This document shows, piece by piece, positions 45,719-56,410 of a stretch of DNA of 64,000 nt. The position numbers were made by a program, and so were the translations under genes. A model generated the notes under the pieces. It did no database searches. It had not been told where the DNA came from and was given only the letters and a program-made list of their open reading frames with translations. Source of the stretch: Acidobacteriaceae bacterium (lineage in GTDB: Bacteria; Acidobacteriota; Terriglobia; Terriglobales; Acidobacteriaceae); NCBI GenBank assembly GCA_003132405.1, contig PKXQ01000066.1, forward strand, positions 1,612 through 65,611, read 5' to 3'. Every line of letters begins with the position of its first letter. Position 1 is the first letter of the stretch.

Positions 45719-45833
45719 ACCGTCCTCCGTCTGCTTATCTGACAGGATGATCTAACAGAAAAGGTGCTTAAAAAGTATAGCATGGGATGAGCGGAGCCAC
45801 TTACTGTCAATCCCTTATAGCAATCACTTATAA

Positions 45834-47453
45834 CTATCGCGCCACTACATCGAAAGGCCGCATCATTTCGTTGTCCTCGTGCTCGAGGACGTGACAGTGC
45901 CAGACGTAGCGGCCGGTGAATCCTTCGAAGCGGACGATGATGCGAGTGACCATGCCGGGATCGGCGCGGACAGTATCTTTCCAGCCAGCCTCGCCGGGTT
46001 CGGGAGGCATTGCCGGACCTTTATAGGTGATTTCGTTGTGCATCCAGTAGGCAGCGATGTTGAAGGCCCGGCGGTCGAGAATTTGAAATTTCACCAGATG
46101 CAGATGGATTGGGTGAGCGTCATCTGTCGTGTTGATAAGATTCCAAATTTCAACGGAGTCGAGAACCGGATTCTCGGTTACTGGCATGCTCCAGTGCGTG
46201 TTGTTCAATAGCATTTTGACTGGGCGCTGTACGAGATCGTCGATTTCGACTAACGACAACATGCGAGTTTTGACCGCCGAGGATTCGAGAATCTTGGGCA
46301 CGGGCCTGAGAGTTTGCGGCAGTGCGCTTTCGTCGCGCGGACCTTTTGCGGCGACACGAAATTGCATTACGTCGAGGTTGTCATTCTTGAGATTGACGTT
46401 CGATCCGGCCGAACTGGAAAAATCGACGATTAGGTCGGCGCGCTCGGCGGGCGCTAGTGACAGACGTTGCAAAGCAACGGGTGCGGACAACAGACCCTGA
46501 TCAGTGCCGATCTGATGGAAGGCCTGAGGGGGCGGCGATTGAGCGTTATTCAGCGTTAGATGAAAAGAGCGGCCATTGGCTCCATTGAGAACGCGGAAGC
46601 GATACTTGCGCGGTTGGACTTCGAGGTAAGGGAAGAGCTTGCCGTTGATCAGAATGGCGTCGCCAAAGACTTCGGGCACCCACGGGGATTTCGCATCGCC
46701 TGACACTGGGTAATTCAGTTGTCCCTCGAGATCGAAAAGCCGGTCGTAAATTACCAGCGGAATTTCATACTCGCCGCGCGGCAGATTGAGCGAATCTTCG
46801 AATTCGTCGCGTACGAAAAAAGCGCCGACGAGTCCGGCAAAAACATTGAGCCGGTTAATGCCGAGGGCATGGTCGTGATACCAGAGCATGGCTGCATCCT
46901 GGCGATTGGGGTAATAGCAGACTGCGGACTTGCCCGGGACGAACCAATTTTCGGGATAACCGTCGCTGTCGGGCGGAGCTTTCGCGCCATGCAGATGAAC
47001 GACGGCACGAACGTCGGGCTTGTCGGCTTCGGCGCCGTGGATGCTGTGGTCGATGGGCAGAAGATGAGAGGAGGGAAGGTCGTTGGCCCACTCGACCAGC
47101 AAACCTTGGCCGCTGCGCGTTTCGAAAGTTGGTCCGGGCGAAGTGGCGCCATATCCCCACAGGCGAGTTGGCTTCAGGTCGCGGTGAATTTTTGTTTCGA
47201 ACTGCCGCATGGGAACGCGGTAATAAGGAAGTCGGACTGTGGGATTGTCCGGGCTCGGTCGATGTCCGCTGGGCTGGATGATTTCTGGCAGCGGAAGTGG
47301 GTCGACGAATAGCGCTAGCGACCGGGCATTGAGTTGAGTGCGCTCCTTGGATTCATGGATGGCAGGCGCGGCTTGCGATATGGCCTGGCGCATGGCGAGC
47401 GTCATGGTTGCCATTCCGCCCTGCGCTAGAAACACTCGCCGCGTAACTCCCAA
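45834..47453 (-). CDS. Tat-exported multicopper oxidase (CotA/bilirubin-oxidase-like)
   Basis: 539 aa. Twin-arginine motif TRRVFLAQGG. Copper-ligand motifs VHLHG, WYHDH, HPIHLHLV and WHCHVLEHEDNEMM. Confidence 0.85.
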   Translation of the reverse strand: MGVTRRVFLAQGGMATMTLAMRQAISQAAPAIHESKERTQLNARSLALFVDPLPLPEIIQPSGHRPSPDNPTVRLPYYRVPMRQFETKIHRDLKPTRLWGYGATSPGPTFETRSGQGLLVEWANDLPSSHLLPIDHSIHGAEADKPDVRAVVHLHGAKAPPDSDGYPENWFVPGKSAVCYYPNRQDAAMLWYHDHALGINRLNVFAGLVGAFFVRDEFEDSLNLPRGEYEIPLVIYDRLFDLEGQLNYPVSGDAKSPWVPEVFGDAILINGKLFPYLEVQPRKYRFRVLNGANGRSFHLTLNNAQSPPPQAFHQIGTDQGLLSAPVALQRLSLAPAERADLIVDFSSSAGSNVNLKNDNLDVMQFRVAAKGPRDESALPQTLRPVPKILESSAVKTRMLSLVEIDDLVQRPVKMLLNNTHWSMPVTENPVLDSVEIWNLINTTDDAHPIHLHLVKFQILDRRAFNIAAYWMHNEITYKGPAMPPEPGEAGWKDTVRADPGMVTRIIVRFEGFTGRYVWHCHVLEHEDNEMMRPFDVVAR

Positions 47454-47575
47454 AGCTGCGCTCTCCTCACTAGTTAGGAATTGTCAGCACTCGTTAATGA
47501 ATCTACCGCCAAAAGAAGAGCGGGCATACGAATCGATTTTCGCATGCCCGCCTTCGAAGCGTTACAGCCTTTGAG

Positions 47576-49267
47576 TTACAGCCCGCAGAGCGACAGGTTT
47601 TCCTTTTCTCCAGTTTGCGGATTCAAGCACAGCGTTCCATTCGTTCGTACCTTCGCGAAGTCGAAATCCTGAACGATGGAATTGGCGATGCCATCGAAGG
47701 AACCGTTGCCGATGCGTTGCCCGCCCAGCCAGTTGTCTTCGATGAAGCGGATGATTGACGACTGATCGGTTACTTGATGGTCAACGAAGTTATTTTTTGC
47801 CCACGGTGAAATGACCAGCAACGGCAATCTCGGGCCGTAACCGCAGCGTCCCAGAGCATGCGGATTGACCGCTGCACCCGCGTAGCCTGGCAACGAGGTT
47901 GCCGCGGTGCCGCAAGCGCCTGGTCCGGTCAGAGCATCGAGCGGACCGGTCGAGGTGTTGACGATGGGGCCGAGTACGTGGTCATACCAGCCGTCGGAGT
48001 CGTCATACGCGATGACTACGGCGGTGCTGTCCCAGTTCGGGTTGTTGTTGGGATTTTGCAGGAAGTTGATCGTATTCACGATGAAGTTCTGCTCGTCAAT
48101 CGGGTCAGAGTAGCCCGCGTGCGCGTCCTGATAACCGGGAGCCTTGAGGAAGCTCACTGCTGGCTGGTTGCCAGCCTGAACCGCAGCGTAGAAGTCTTCG
48201 ATATCGTACTGGTGGTTGGCGGGACCGGCATTTCCGATTTCAGAAGGCGAAGCGGGCCGGGTGTGATTGGGGTTGGCGACTGACGGCCAGTAGCCGAATA
48301 ACGAGTGGTGAGCGATGTAATCGGTTTCCTTAACGCCGGTGATATTCGAGGTGGTGCTGCGGTTGCAACCAGTGCTGCCATTCGGATTCACGATCGAGAG
48401 ATTGAATCCGCCCATAAACCCGCCCCAGGTTACTCCAGCGGCGTTTAACAGGTCGCCGATGGTTACGCCACCCATTTGTGCCTGATTGCGAGTTGGGCTG
48501 GAGCAAACGTCGCCGATGGGATCTGGATCGTCGATGTTGGTGAGCGAACCATCGGGTCCGCCGGGAACGAAGCTTCCGGTCCCATTCAAGTACGCGACCA
48601 CGCCATTGGTCTGGCCAGCCACAAGGTTCATCACACCGACGGACGACGGACCGAAAGTGGAGCCGTAGGAGTTATCGCTCAATACGAAGTTCTGAGCATA
48701 ATTCCACAGGGCGGTCACGGTATTTCCGTCGTAGTAACCCATGACCAAGCCATTCGTATTATTTATTCCACCACCTCCCGGCGGCGGTCCGGCGGTTCCT
48801 GTGTAAAGGGGAAAGAGATCCATCAAACCGGCGTCGGATGCCTGTTGCTCGGGTTGGTAGTTATGGTCCTGGTCGGGGGTGGCAGCTTGTGTGACGTCGA
48901 GCCGGTACGGGTTGGTGGCGCCAGTTCCGTTAGCAGGATTCAGGTTCGGATTGGCGGTCAGAAGAGCGTTGGTGTACCCGTTGATGGTAGGCGTATTGGC
49001 TTTCGCTACGAATTTGTTTTCGTACTTGGGATTCAGCGCGTTGGGATAGGTTCCGAAGTAGTGGTCGAAGGAAATGTTCTCATTGAAAATCACGACCAGA
49101 TATTGAATTGGTGTCGTTGTGGCGCGGCGGCTTGCGGCGTATTTTGTTGCCGGTTTTGCGGACGAGGCGAATGCGGGAGCAACGGTCGGTCCCAGGGCAA
49201 TGGTCATCGTCAGTAGTGCCGCCATCGCCCGCCTGAAAGTGGCAAGGGTTTGCTGCTGATCAAACAT
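47576..49267 (-). CDS. secreted phosphoesterase-family protein (phospholipase C / AcpA acid phosphatase family)
   Basis: IQYLVVIFNENISFDHYFGTYP is the N-terminal motif of the family, and a signal peptide is present. I prefer the ATG at 49267. The track start is 49309. Confidence 0.8.
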   Translation of the reverse strand: MFDQQQTLATFRRAMAALLTMTIALGPTVAPAFASSAKPATKYAASRRATTTPIQYLVVIFNENISFDHYFGTYPNALNPKYENKFVAKANTPTINGYTNALLTANPNLNPANGTGATNPYRLDVTQAATPDQDHNYQPEQQASDAGLMDLFPLYTGTAGPPPGGGGINNTNGLVMGYYDGNTVTALWNYAQNFVLSDNSYGSTFGPSSVGVMNLVAGQTNGVVAYLNGTGSFVPGGPDGSLTNIDDPDPIGDVCSSPTRNQAQMGGVTIGDLLNAAGVTWGGFMGGFNLSIVNPNGSTGCNRSTTSNITGVKETDYIAHHSLFGYWPSVANPNHTRPASPSEIGNAGPANHQYDIEDFYAAVQAGNQPAVSFLKAPGYQDAHAGYSDPIDEQNFIVNTINFLQNPNNNPNWDSTAVVIAYDDSDGWYDHVLGPIVNTSTGPLDALTGPGACGTAATSLPGYAGAAVNPHALGRCGYGPRLPLLVISPWAKNNFVDHQVTDQSSIIRFIEDNWLGGQRIGNGSFDGIANSIVQDFDFAKVRTNGTLCLNPQTGEKENLSLCGL

Positions 49268-49478
49268 GCTGTGTTCTCCGTTTCCTGGAAATTGCCTGGC
49301 GCAGGGCACACGACCTGCCGCATGGCGGAAGCTTGGAGAACATTAGGCGGGATATGTTTCTGCAACATGACTGCAATATTAAGGAATGATGAAATCCGGC
49401 GATTTGATCAGGAACATTGCAAAGGATTTACATATAGTGGCTGGTTTATTGCACTCAAGGAGCTAGTTCGAAGGCGGG

Positions 49479-50597
49479 TTACGCTGCCGTGACTTTCGAA
49501 CTGCGCAGACGCCTATACAGCCGCATATAGTCGTCGACCATGCGACGCGCGGTAAAGCGTTCGCGGGCGCGATTGTAGGCGCGGGTTCCGTAGAGCCGGG
49601 CGAGTTCGCTATCGCCGTTGAGTTGGCTTAGCACTTCGTTGAGGCTTTCGGCGTTGTTGCGTTCGAAGTACAGGGCGGCGTCGCCCCAGAGTTCGCGATA
49701 GACCTCTGTGTCATTCGCCACCAGGGCGCAGCGCGAGAAAGCAGCTTCGACCGACGCCAGGCCGGTGGGCTCATACTGCGAAGTGGCGGCAAAGATTGTT
49801 GACTTGCTGTAGAGCGAGCGCAGTTGCGATTCCGTTTGCGCGCCTTTGACAGAGATGTCGTGTTCGCCAGTGGAGACGCGAATGTCGGCTCGGATCGGCA
49901 CGGCTGGGGCGGGGATGGGATTATCGGCTCCTACAATGCACACGGGCAAACGGTGCGTATGCTGGGTGAGCAAAGCAACTTGCTTGCCCGTATCCCACAA
50001 ACGGCCAATGGCGAGCACCGACTCTTCCTTGGTAACGAAGGGATTGAAATAGATTGGATTGCGGCCGGGAGGAATCACGTGTCCTTCGAAAGCGTCGCCA
50101 TAGGCGATGCGCAGCATCTCGTCCATCCAGCGCGAAGTGGTGACGACGGTTTCGGCGCGCTTGAGACCGGCGATGATGGTGTCGCGATACCAATTGAGCC
50201 ATGCGGAGGCGGCGGGTTCGTGACCGTGAATGCTCAGCCACCAGGTGATGACGTCGCCGTGGGCCACTACGAGGCGCGGCGTGGCTACGGGCAGCGCCCC
50301 AAAACTTAGCTGATTCAGATGCAGAAAATCGGGGCGCGTGTCGCGAATGATCGCGCATAAATAATCTTGCGCTGCGTGAAAGTCCTGCACGCCTTCCTGC
50401 ATCCAGTCGAGACGAAATGCGGTCGGAATGTATTCGAGGCCGTGGAGAGAATCCATCCAGGCGGTCTGATGAGGAAGAGGGATTTCTCCGAAGCTGACGA
50501 GCGTAACCTGGGCGCCGTGAGTGACGAGACCGGAGACCAGTTCGCGCGAATAGGTCCAGACTCCGCTGAACGTGTCGGTCGTGACCAGTACGCGCAC
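49479..50597 (-). CDS. glycosyltransferase family 4 (GT-B)
   Basis: 372 aa. MRVLVTTDTFSGVWTYSREL and the C-terminal YEPTGLASVEAAFSRCALV (E-x7-E-like). Confidence 0.8.
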   Translation of the reverse strand: MRVLVTTDTFSGVWTYSRELVSGLVTHGAQVTLVSFGEIPLPHQTAWMDSLHGLEYIPTAFRLDWMQEGVQDFHAAQDYLCAIIRDTRPDFLHLNQLSFGALPVATPRLVVAHGDVITWWLSIHGHEPAASAWLNWYRDTIIAGLKRAETVVTTSRWMDEMLRIAYGDAFEGHVIPPGRNPIYFNPFVTKEESVLAIGRLWDTGKQVALLTQHTHRLPVCIVGADNPIPAPAVPIRADIRVSTGEHDISVKGAQTESQLRSLYSKSTIFAATSQYEPTGLASVEAAFSRCALVANDTEVYRELWGDAALYFERNNAESLNEVLSQLNGDSELARLYGTRAYNRARERFTARRMVDDYMRLYRRLRSSKVTAA

Positions 50598-50783
50598 AGA
50601 ACCCCCTGGATACGAGGGCTGGGAGAGCCCTCAGACTGCGTGGGTCTAGTGTAGGGTCAAGGACCATGCCGAGGAAAGAGTTTTCTTGTGAGACAGTACC
50701 CAGTCGCCAGTACCCAGAAAAACCAAAGCATTGCCACTGTGGCTGGTTAGCTGGATACCGGGTACTGAGTACCGGGTACTGAC

Positions 50784-51209
50784 TTATGTCGAATCTGCCC
50801 ACTGCGTCATTGCCCGCTGATCGGCGAAATGATCCTGCAGAGTGAAGGTTTTCGGACGCGCCAAGATTCGCATCGTCCACAGCAGATCGTCGAGGGAGGT
50901 GCCAAATCCGAAGTGCGCGTCGACAAACGCCAGTTTTGACTTGGGCACAGACTGGCTGCCGGAGAGCAGGACTACGGGGATATCGGGCCGGAGAAATTTG
51001 ACCTCCTGAGCGAGTTCCGAGCCCGACATTGAAGGCATTTCATAGTCGACGAGGGCGAGATCGAAATGAGTACTCTTGCAGAGCGCGAGCGCTTCGATCG
51101 GGTCATTCACTGTGATCATTTGAAAACCGCATTCTTCCAGGACACTGCTGAGCAATCGGCTGGATTTGGGATTATCGTCCACGTAAAGCACGATCGTTCG
51201 GTTGTGCAT
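50784..51209 (-). CDS. single-domain response regulator (receiver only)
   Basis: 141 aa. VLYVDDN...LALVDYEMPSMSG...VVLLSG. Confidence 0.8.
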   Translation of the reverse strand: MHNRTIVLYVDDNPKSSRLLSSVLEECGFQMITVNDPIEALALCKSTHFDLALVDYEMPSMSGSELAQEVKFLRPDIPVVLLSGSQSVPKSKLAFVDAHFGFGTSLDDLLWTMRILARPKTFTLQDHFADQRAMTQWADST

Positions 51210-51342
51210 CGTAACCTCGCTTTCTTTCCTGAAGAACGGTTGGTGCGCGGCGCGCTTGCAAGGTCATGAGGTAGAGATTTGTAAATAGTGAAGGCAACGC
51301 GCGGCGGCCTTGGTTCGCGGACGGCTGGTTGGCGCCGAGCTT

Positions 51343-52542
51343 TTAGGAGGCGGACGCGGCCATTCGCGCGGGGCCAGATTCTTTTGCCGGTTCGCGCGAG
51401 GGTAGGGTGAACTTAAAGACGGAGCCGTGACCGGCTTCGGACTCGACCCAGATCTTTCCGCCACAGCGCTCAATAATCTTTTTGCAGATGGAAAGGCCGA
51501 TGCCGTTGCCCGAGTATTCGTCGCGCGTGTGCAGCCGCTGGAAGACGACGAAAATATTTTCGGCATGCTCGGGCGCAATGCCGATCCCGTTGTCAGTTAC
51601 GCTGAACAGCCACTGCGAATCTGCTTTCTCGGCCTGCACTAACTCGGCCTGCACCAGAATTTCGGGTGGTTCGGTGCCGCGGAACTTGATCGCGTTCCCG
51701 ATCAGATTCTGCAAGAGCTGCGTCATCTCCGAGTGGTCGGCCCAGACCACGGGCAGCGCAGCATGAATAACCACCGCGCCGCTTTCTCTGATTGCGGGCT
51801 CGAGATTTTGCATGATCTCCGCCATCATCTTTTCGCAATCGACCTCCACGCGGGCGGTGGAACTTCGTCCGACTCGGGAAAACGCCAGCAGGTCTTGAAT
51901 CAGCGTCTGCATGCGCAGCGCGCCCTCGCTGGCATAGCCGATGAATTTGTCGGCGTTTTCGTCGAGTTTGCCGCGATAGCGTTCGGCTAACAGTTGGGTG
52001 TAGGCGGCGACCATGCGCAGCGGCTCCTGCAAATCGTGGGACGCAATATAGGCGAACTGCTCCAATTCTGCGTTGGAACGGGCCAGCTGCTCGACCTTGC
52101 GCGCCAGAGCTTCTTCAGCTTGCCGGCGCAAACGAAGCAGGTTTTTTTCCTGCAAGGCGCGTCGGATGGCTTCGGGCAGCCGCGCCAACCCGTCTTTTAG
52201 AACGTAATCCGTTACGCCGCGTTTGATACATTCGACCGCGGTGACGTCGCCGAGTGCGCCGGAGACCAGGATCAGAGGAATGTCCAGCCCCTGGCGGCGC
52301 AGAACTTCGACCGCTTCTACGCCTTTCCACTGCGGCAGGTTGTAGTCGGCGAGCACGATGTCGGGAGGGTGGGCGCGCAGTTGCTGCTCGAAGGCAGCTT
52401 CGGTTTGCACTACCGCAGTGGTGACCGCGAAGCCCCCCTTGCGCAGAGCCTGCGAGATCAGCTCCGCGTCCATGTCGCTGTCTTCGACGTGCAGGACCCG
52501 AAGCGGAGTTGGCGCGAGCGTGGGTGCGTTAGCGGCGGTCAT
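51343..52542 (-). CDS. hybrid receiver-histidine kinase
   Basis: 399 aa. Receiver VLHVEDSDMD...LADYNLPQWKG, H-box FAYIASHDLQEPLRMV, ATPase motifs DNGIGI and GNGIGLSICKKI. Confidence 0.85.
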   Translation of the reverse strand: MTAANAPTLAPTPLRVLHVEDSDMDAELISQALRKGGFAVTTAVVQTEAAFEQQLRAHPPDIVLADYNLPQWKGVEAVEVLRRQGLDIPLILVSGALGDVTAVECIKRGVTDYVLKDGLARLPEAIRRALQEKNLLRLRRQAEEALARKVEQLARSNAELEQFAYIASHDLQEPLRMVAAYTQLLAERYRGKLDENADKFIGYASEGALRMQTLIQDLLAFSRVGRSSTARVEVDCEKMMAEIMQNLEPAIRESGAVVIHAALPVVWADHSEMTQLLQNLIGNAIKFRGTEPPEILVQAELVQAEKADSQWLFSVTDNGIGIAPEHAENIFVVFQRLHTRDEYSGNGIGLSICKKIIERCGGKIWVESEAGHGSVFKFTLPSREPAKESGPARMAASAS

Positions 52543-53056
52543 TTTTAGTTCCGGCTGTAGTTCCGGCCAGATTAGTTCCGGCGAGAGTAGTTCCAGCGAT
52601 GGGCGGGGAATCTTGCGCTACGGGAGGCTGATTGATGACCAGCCAGTACAGTCCGATGGTCTTGACCGTGCCGCGGAACTGCTCAAAGTCGACCGGCTTT
52701 TGAATATAGCTGTTAGCGCCGAGGTTGTAACTCGCCACTAAATCGCGCTCTTCTTTCGACGAGGTCATGACGACAATCGGGATGATCCTGGTCCGCGGGT
52801 CGGCTTTGACCTGTTTGAGCACTTCCATGCCATCGACTTTCGGAAGTTTCAAATCCAGCATGACCAGCTTCGGTGGATGATCGAACGATCGACCTGCAAA
52901 CTTGCCGCGGCAAAACAGAAAGTCGAGGGCTTCTTCGCCGTCGCGTACGATTTGGATTTTGTTTGCCAGGTTTTCGTGCCGCAGCGTATGCAAGGTAAGA
53001 TCCAGGTCGTCCTGATTGTCCTCTACCAAAAGTATGTCGAGATCTTCTGAGCTCAT
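52529..53056 (-). CDS. CheY-like single-domain response regulator
   Basis: 175 aa. ILLVEDNQDDLDL...VMLDLKLPKVDG...VVMTSS. It overlaps the upstream kinase by 4 nt and the downstream hybrid kinase by 14 nt. Confidence 0.85.
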   Translation of the reverse strand: MSSEDLDILLVEDNQDDLDLTLHTLRHENLANKIQIVRDGEEALDFLFCRGKFAGRSFDHPPKLVMLDLKLPKVDGMEVLKQVKADPRTRIIPIVVMTSSKEERDLVASYNLGANSYIQKPVDFEQFRGTVKTIGLYWLVINQPPVAQDSPPIAGTTLAGTNLAGTTAGTKNDRR

Positions 53057-56000
53057 GATTGGCCTCCCGCCGTGGCTCCGTTACTTTTCGATTCCGCTTC
53101 TTTTTCCAGGCCCAGGGTGAAGTAGAAGGTTGCACCCTTGTCGACTTCGCCTTCAGCCCAGACCCGGCCGCCATGCTTTTGCGCAATACGTTGCACGGTG
53201 GCCAGGCCTATGCCGGTGCCTTCAAAGTCATCCGCCTGATGCAGCCGTTGAAACACTCCGAACAATTTGTCCACATACTTCATGCTGAAGCCGATGCCGT
53301 TGTCCCGGACCATGAAGACTCGTTGACCCGCATCGCGTTTTTCGGGTTGGGTTACTTCAATCGTTGCGCGCGTGCGGGGACGGGTAAACTTCAGCGCATT
53401 CGCCAGCAAGTTTTGAAAAATCTGTTTCACCAGCACGGGATCGCATTCGACGGTGGGCAGATCGGCGATCATCCAGTCGACCTGTCGCCCTTGGCTCTCG
53501 GACTCGAGTATGCCAACCACCTCGGTGACGATCGCATTCAACTTGACCGGCCGGCGCTTGAGGGCATGGCGCCCGACCCGCGCCAGATTGAGCAATTCGT
53601 CGACCAGCACGCCCATCTTGAGTGTTCCAGCCTGGATGCGATCGAGGTGGCCTTGGGCGGCGGGAGTGAGATTGGCACCCAGTTCTTCCACCAGCATCTG
53701 GGAAAAGCCGCTGACATGCCGCAGGGGGGCGCGCAAATCGTGCGATACCGAGTAGCTGAAGGCTTCCAGTTCTTTGTTGGCGGCTTCCAGTTGAGCGGTC
53801 CGCTCGAGCACGCGGATTTCCAGTTCGTCGTTGAGTTTGCGGATCTCGCGTTCGTCTGCTTTTCGTTGAGTAATGTTTCGCAGGGCCACCACACCGCCGC
53901 ACGCAACGCCGTCGCCATCGTTTCGAGGGCCTCCGCTGACCTCAATCCAGGCACCCTCTGGAAGCGCGCGATTGCGCACAAACATCTCGCTCGCGCTCAC
54001 CTCCCCATTGAGCGCGCGAACGACCGGAAGTTGAGCGCTGGGGAAGAGCGTCGCGGTGTCGGGCAGGTAGAGGCCGAAGCGCTCAGGCCAATCCTCGATG
54101 GCTACGTTCGGATCTTCCTGGCCCAGCATCTTTTCCGCCGCAGTATTCCAGAGGAGGAATTTTCCTTTCTCGTCCACCGCGATTAATCCCTCGCCCATGC
54201 TGCCCAGCACGGACTGCAGCATCAGGGTTTGGGCCTCGAGCGCCTGCCGGGAACGGATCAATTCTTCCGCTTGCCGGGACAATTCCTCCGCCTGCCCGGC
54301 TAGAGCGACCTCCACCTGTTTCCGCTCGGTAATGTTGTGGAGAACGGCGACACCTCCGCAGAAGCCGCCCGCAGCGTCCCTGAGAGGCCGCGCCGTGACT
54401 TCCAGAAATTTCCCCGGCAGACTCTCCGGCGGCTGCACGATCAATTCCACCCGCACCGATTCCCCGCGCAGAGCCCGCACCAGCGGAAGGCGATCCGGCG
54501 GATACGGCGTGATTCCGTCCGGCAGGAAAACTTTGTAGTGCCGCGTCCATCGCTCGGTGGGCAAATCCTCCGCCCCACGCCCCATCAGGTGGTGCGCGGC
54601 CTTGTTCCAGATGAGAAAACGGCCATCCCGGTCGGCTGCGATCAAGCCCTCGCCCATGTTGTCCAGGACCAGCTTGAACATGACGGTCTGCGCTTCCAAG
54701 GCTTTTCGCGAGTGGGCCAGTTCCTCGGCCTGTGCCGAAAGTTGTTTCTCGGCCTGCTTGCGCTCGGTGATGTCGCTGGCGACTTTTGAAGCGCCAACAA
54801 TCACACCATTGTTGTCGCGGATCGGCGAAATGGTGGCGGAAACATCAATCCGCTTGCCATCCTTCCGCATACGGATGGTTTCGAAGTGCTCGACGCTTTC
54901 CCCGCGGCCGATGCGTACCAGAATGTCTATTTCTTCATTCGCGCGCTCCGGCGGTATGAGCATCGCTATTGGTTGGCCGACCGCCTCGGAGGGCGAGTAT
55001 CCGAAAATCTTTTCAGCGCCGCGATTCCATGCAGTGATCGTCCCGTCTAAAGTCTTGCTGATAATGGCGTCGTCGGAGGACTCGACGATGACGGCGAGAC
55101 GTTCGCGCGCTTCCATCATCAGCGCTCGCTCGGTGATGTCTCGCAGGATCACGGTGAAAAGCTTTTTTCCGCCGGTGACCACTTGCGAGATGGAAGCCTC
55201 GATCTGAAATTCCTTGCCATCGGCTCGCAGCGCCCAGAGCGCGCCCTTCGGCCCCACACCCCGATTGGTGACGCCGGTGTCGCCGAAGGTGCGGATATGT
55301 CCGGCATGAGCGCCGTGAAATCGTTGCGGGATGAAACGGGTGATGGGCTGCCCCAAGGCTTCCGCTGCTGGGCAGAGAAAAATCCTTTCGGCAGTGCTGT
55401 TGAAGAGCACGATCCGCTGCTCTTCATCGACGGTGATGATCGAATCCGTGGCCGACTGAATGACGCCCGCGAGGCGGCCTTCGCTTTCGCCCAATGCGGC
55501 GGTGCGCTGGGCCACGCGTCGTTCCAGGTTCGCGTTCAGAGCATTGACTTGGGCGCGAGCCCGGGCGCTGATGCTGATCTCGCGGCTGACGGTGGCCCCG
55601 GCAACGGAGAGGAGAATCACGCCCGCCAGGGCTCCCAACGCGATGAAAGACAAATTGAAGCGTTGTGCGGCACGGGCGCGGCCAGTGCGCTGCTCCAGCA
55701 AACGTCTTTCCGCTTCCTCCATTTCTGCGATGGTGGCGCGGGCCGCATCCATGAGCTGTTTGCCCCGTTCGAGTTGGGACTCGGTGGGGGCTTGTCCTGT
55801 ATTTTGCCGAACGGTTACCACATTCCTGGCCGATTCGATCCTGGCCCCGGCTTGCTTTTCGAGTGTTTCCAGGCGCCGTTGCTGATCGGTATCTACAATC
55901 AGAAAGCGTAAGCGCTGCAGATCCTGGCCGACCGCATCTCTTCCTGCCTCATAAGGCTGCAGGAATTGCTCGCTTCCGGTCAGGGCAAAACCTCGCCCTC

Positions 56001-56298
56001 CCGACTCCACATCGAGCACATGTCTTAGTGTGGCTTCGAGCGTCGTTGACACTTTATGGGTATGAGCGACCCAGGCGGCATCGTCCGCCGATTGCTGTGC
56101 CACGCGCCAGGAAAGAGAGCCCAGCAGACTGGTAAGAACAATGGCGAAGGCGAAGGCTACCTTTACCTTGCGGCGCAACTGAGCTTCGGCTTGCGGTTCC
56201 TCGATGCGGTCCATGATCCGGTCCATCAGCCGGTCTAATTGCTTTGAAGCGTTGTAGTACGGTGCACCATGGCGCCGGTTGTGCATCTTGGGCGGCAC
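53053..56298 (-). CDS. CHASE3/PAS multi-sensor histidine kinase
   Basis: 1081 aa. CHASE3-like N-terminus (WVAHTHKVSTTLEA...GGRGFALTG...FLQPY) between two TM segments. At least four PAS modules (ITERK ends). H-box FSYSVSHDLRAPLRHV, plus DNGIGF and [12 protein letters not shown]. Confidence 0.85.
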   Translation of the reverse strand: MPPKMHNRRHGAPYYNASKQLDRLMDRIMDRIEEPQAEAQLRRKVKVAFAFAIVLTSLLGSLSWRVAQQSADDAAWVAHTHKVSTTLEATLRHVLDVESGGRGFALTGSEQFLQPYEAGRDAVGQDLQRLRFLIVDTDQQRRLETLEKQAGARIESARNVVTVRQNTGQAPTESQLERGKQLMDAARATIAEMEEAERRLLEQRTGRARAAQRFNLSFIALGALAGVILLSVAGATVSREISISARARAQVNALNANLERRVAQRTAALGESEGRLAGVIQSATDSIITVDEEQRIVLFNSTAERIFLCPAAEALGQPITRFIPQRFHGAHAGHIRTFGDTGVTNRGVGPKGALWALRADGKEFQIEASISQVVTGGKKLFTVILRDITERALMMEARERLAVIVESSDDAIISKTLDGTITAWNRGAEKIFGYSPSEAVGQPIAMLIPPERANEEIDILVRIGRGESVEHFETIRMRKDGKRIDVSATISPIRDNNGVIVGASKVASDITERKQAEKQLSAQAEELAHSRKALEAQTVMFKLVLDNMGEGLIAADRDGRFLIWNKAAHHLMGRGAEDLPTERWTRHYKVFLPDGITPYPPDRLPLVRALRGESVRVELIVQPPESLPGKFLEVTARPLRDAAGGFCGGVAVLHNITERKQVEVALAGQAEELSRQAEELIRSRQALEAQTLMLQSVLGSMGEGLIAVDEKGKFLLWNTAAEKMLGQEDPNVAIEDWPERFGLYLPDTATLFPSAQLPVVRALNGEVSASEMFVRNRALPEGAWIEVSGGPRNDGDGVACGGVVALRNITQRKADEREIRKLNDELEIRVLERTAQLEAANKELEAFSYSVSHDLRAPLRHVSGFSQMLVEELGANLTPAAQGHLDRIQAGTLKMGVLVDELLNLARVGRHALKRRPVKLNAIVTEVVGILESESQGRQVDWMIADLPTVECDPVLVKQIFQNLLANALKFTRPRTRATIEVTQPEKRDAGQRVFMVRDNGIGFSMKYVDKLFGVFQRLHQADDFEGTGIGLATVQRIAQKHGGRVWAEGEVDKGATFYFTLGLEKEAESKSNGATAGGQS

Positions 56299-56410
56299 TC
56301 GGCTACACCGTCGCCTTACTAGTAAAAAGGCAGGTTGAGTAGGCTCCGGGGAAACGTCCCCGAGCGCAGATTTCTACACTTCTTCCCATCGGCTCGGTAG
56401 CGAGAACCGA

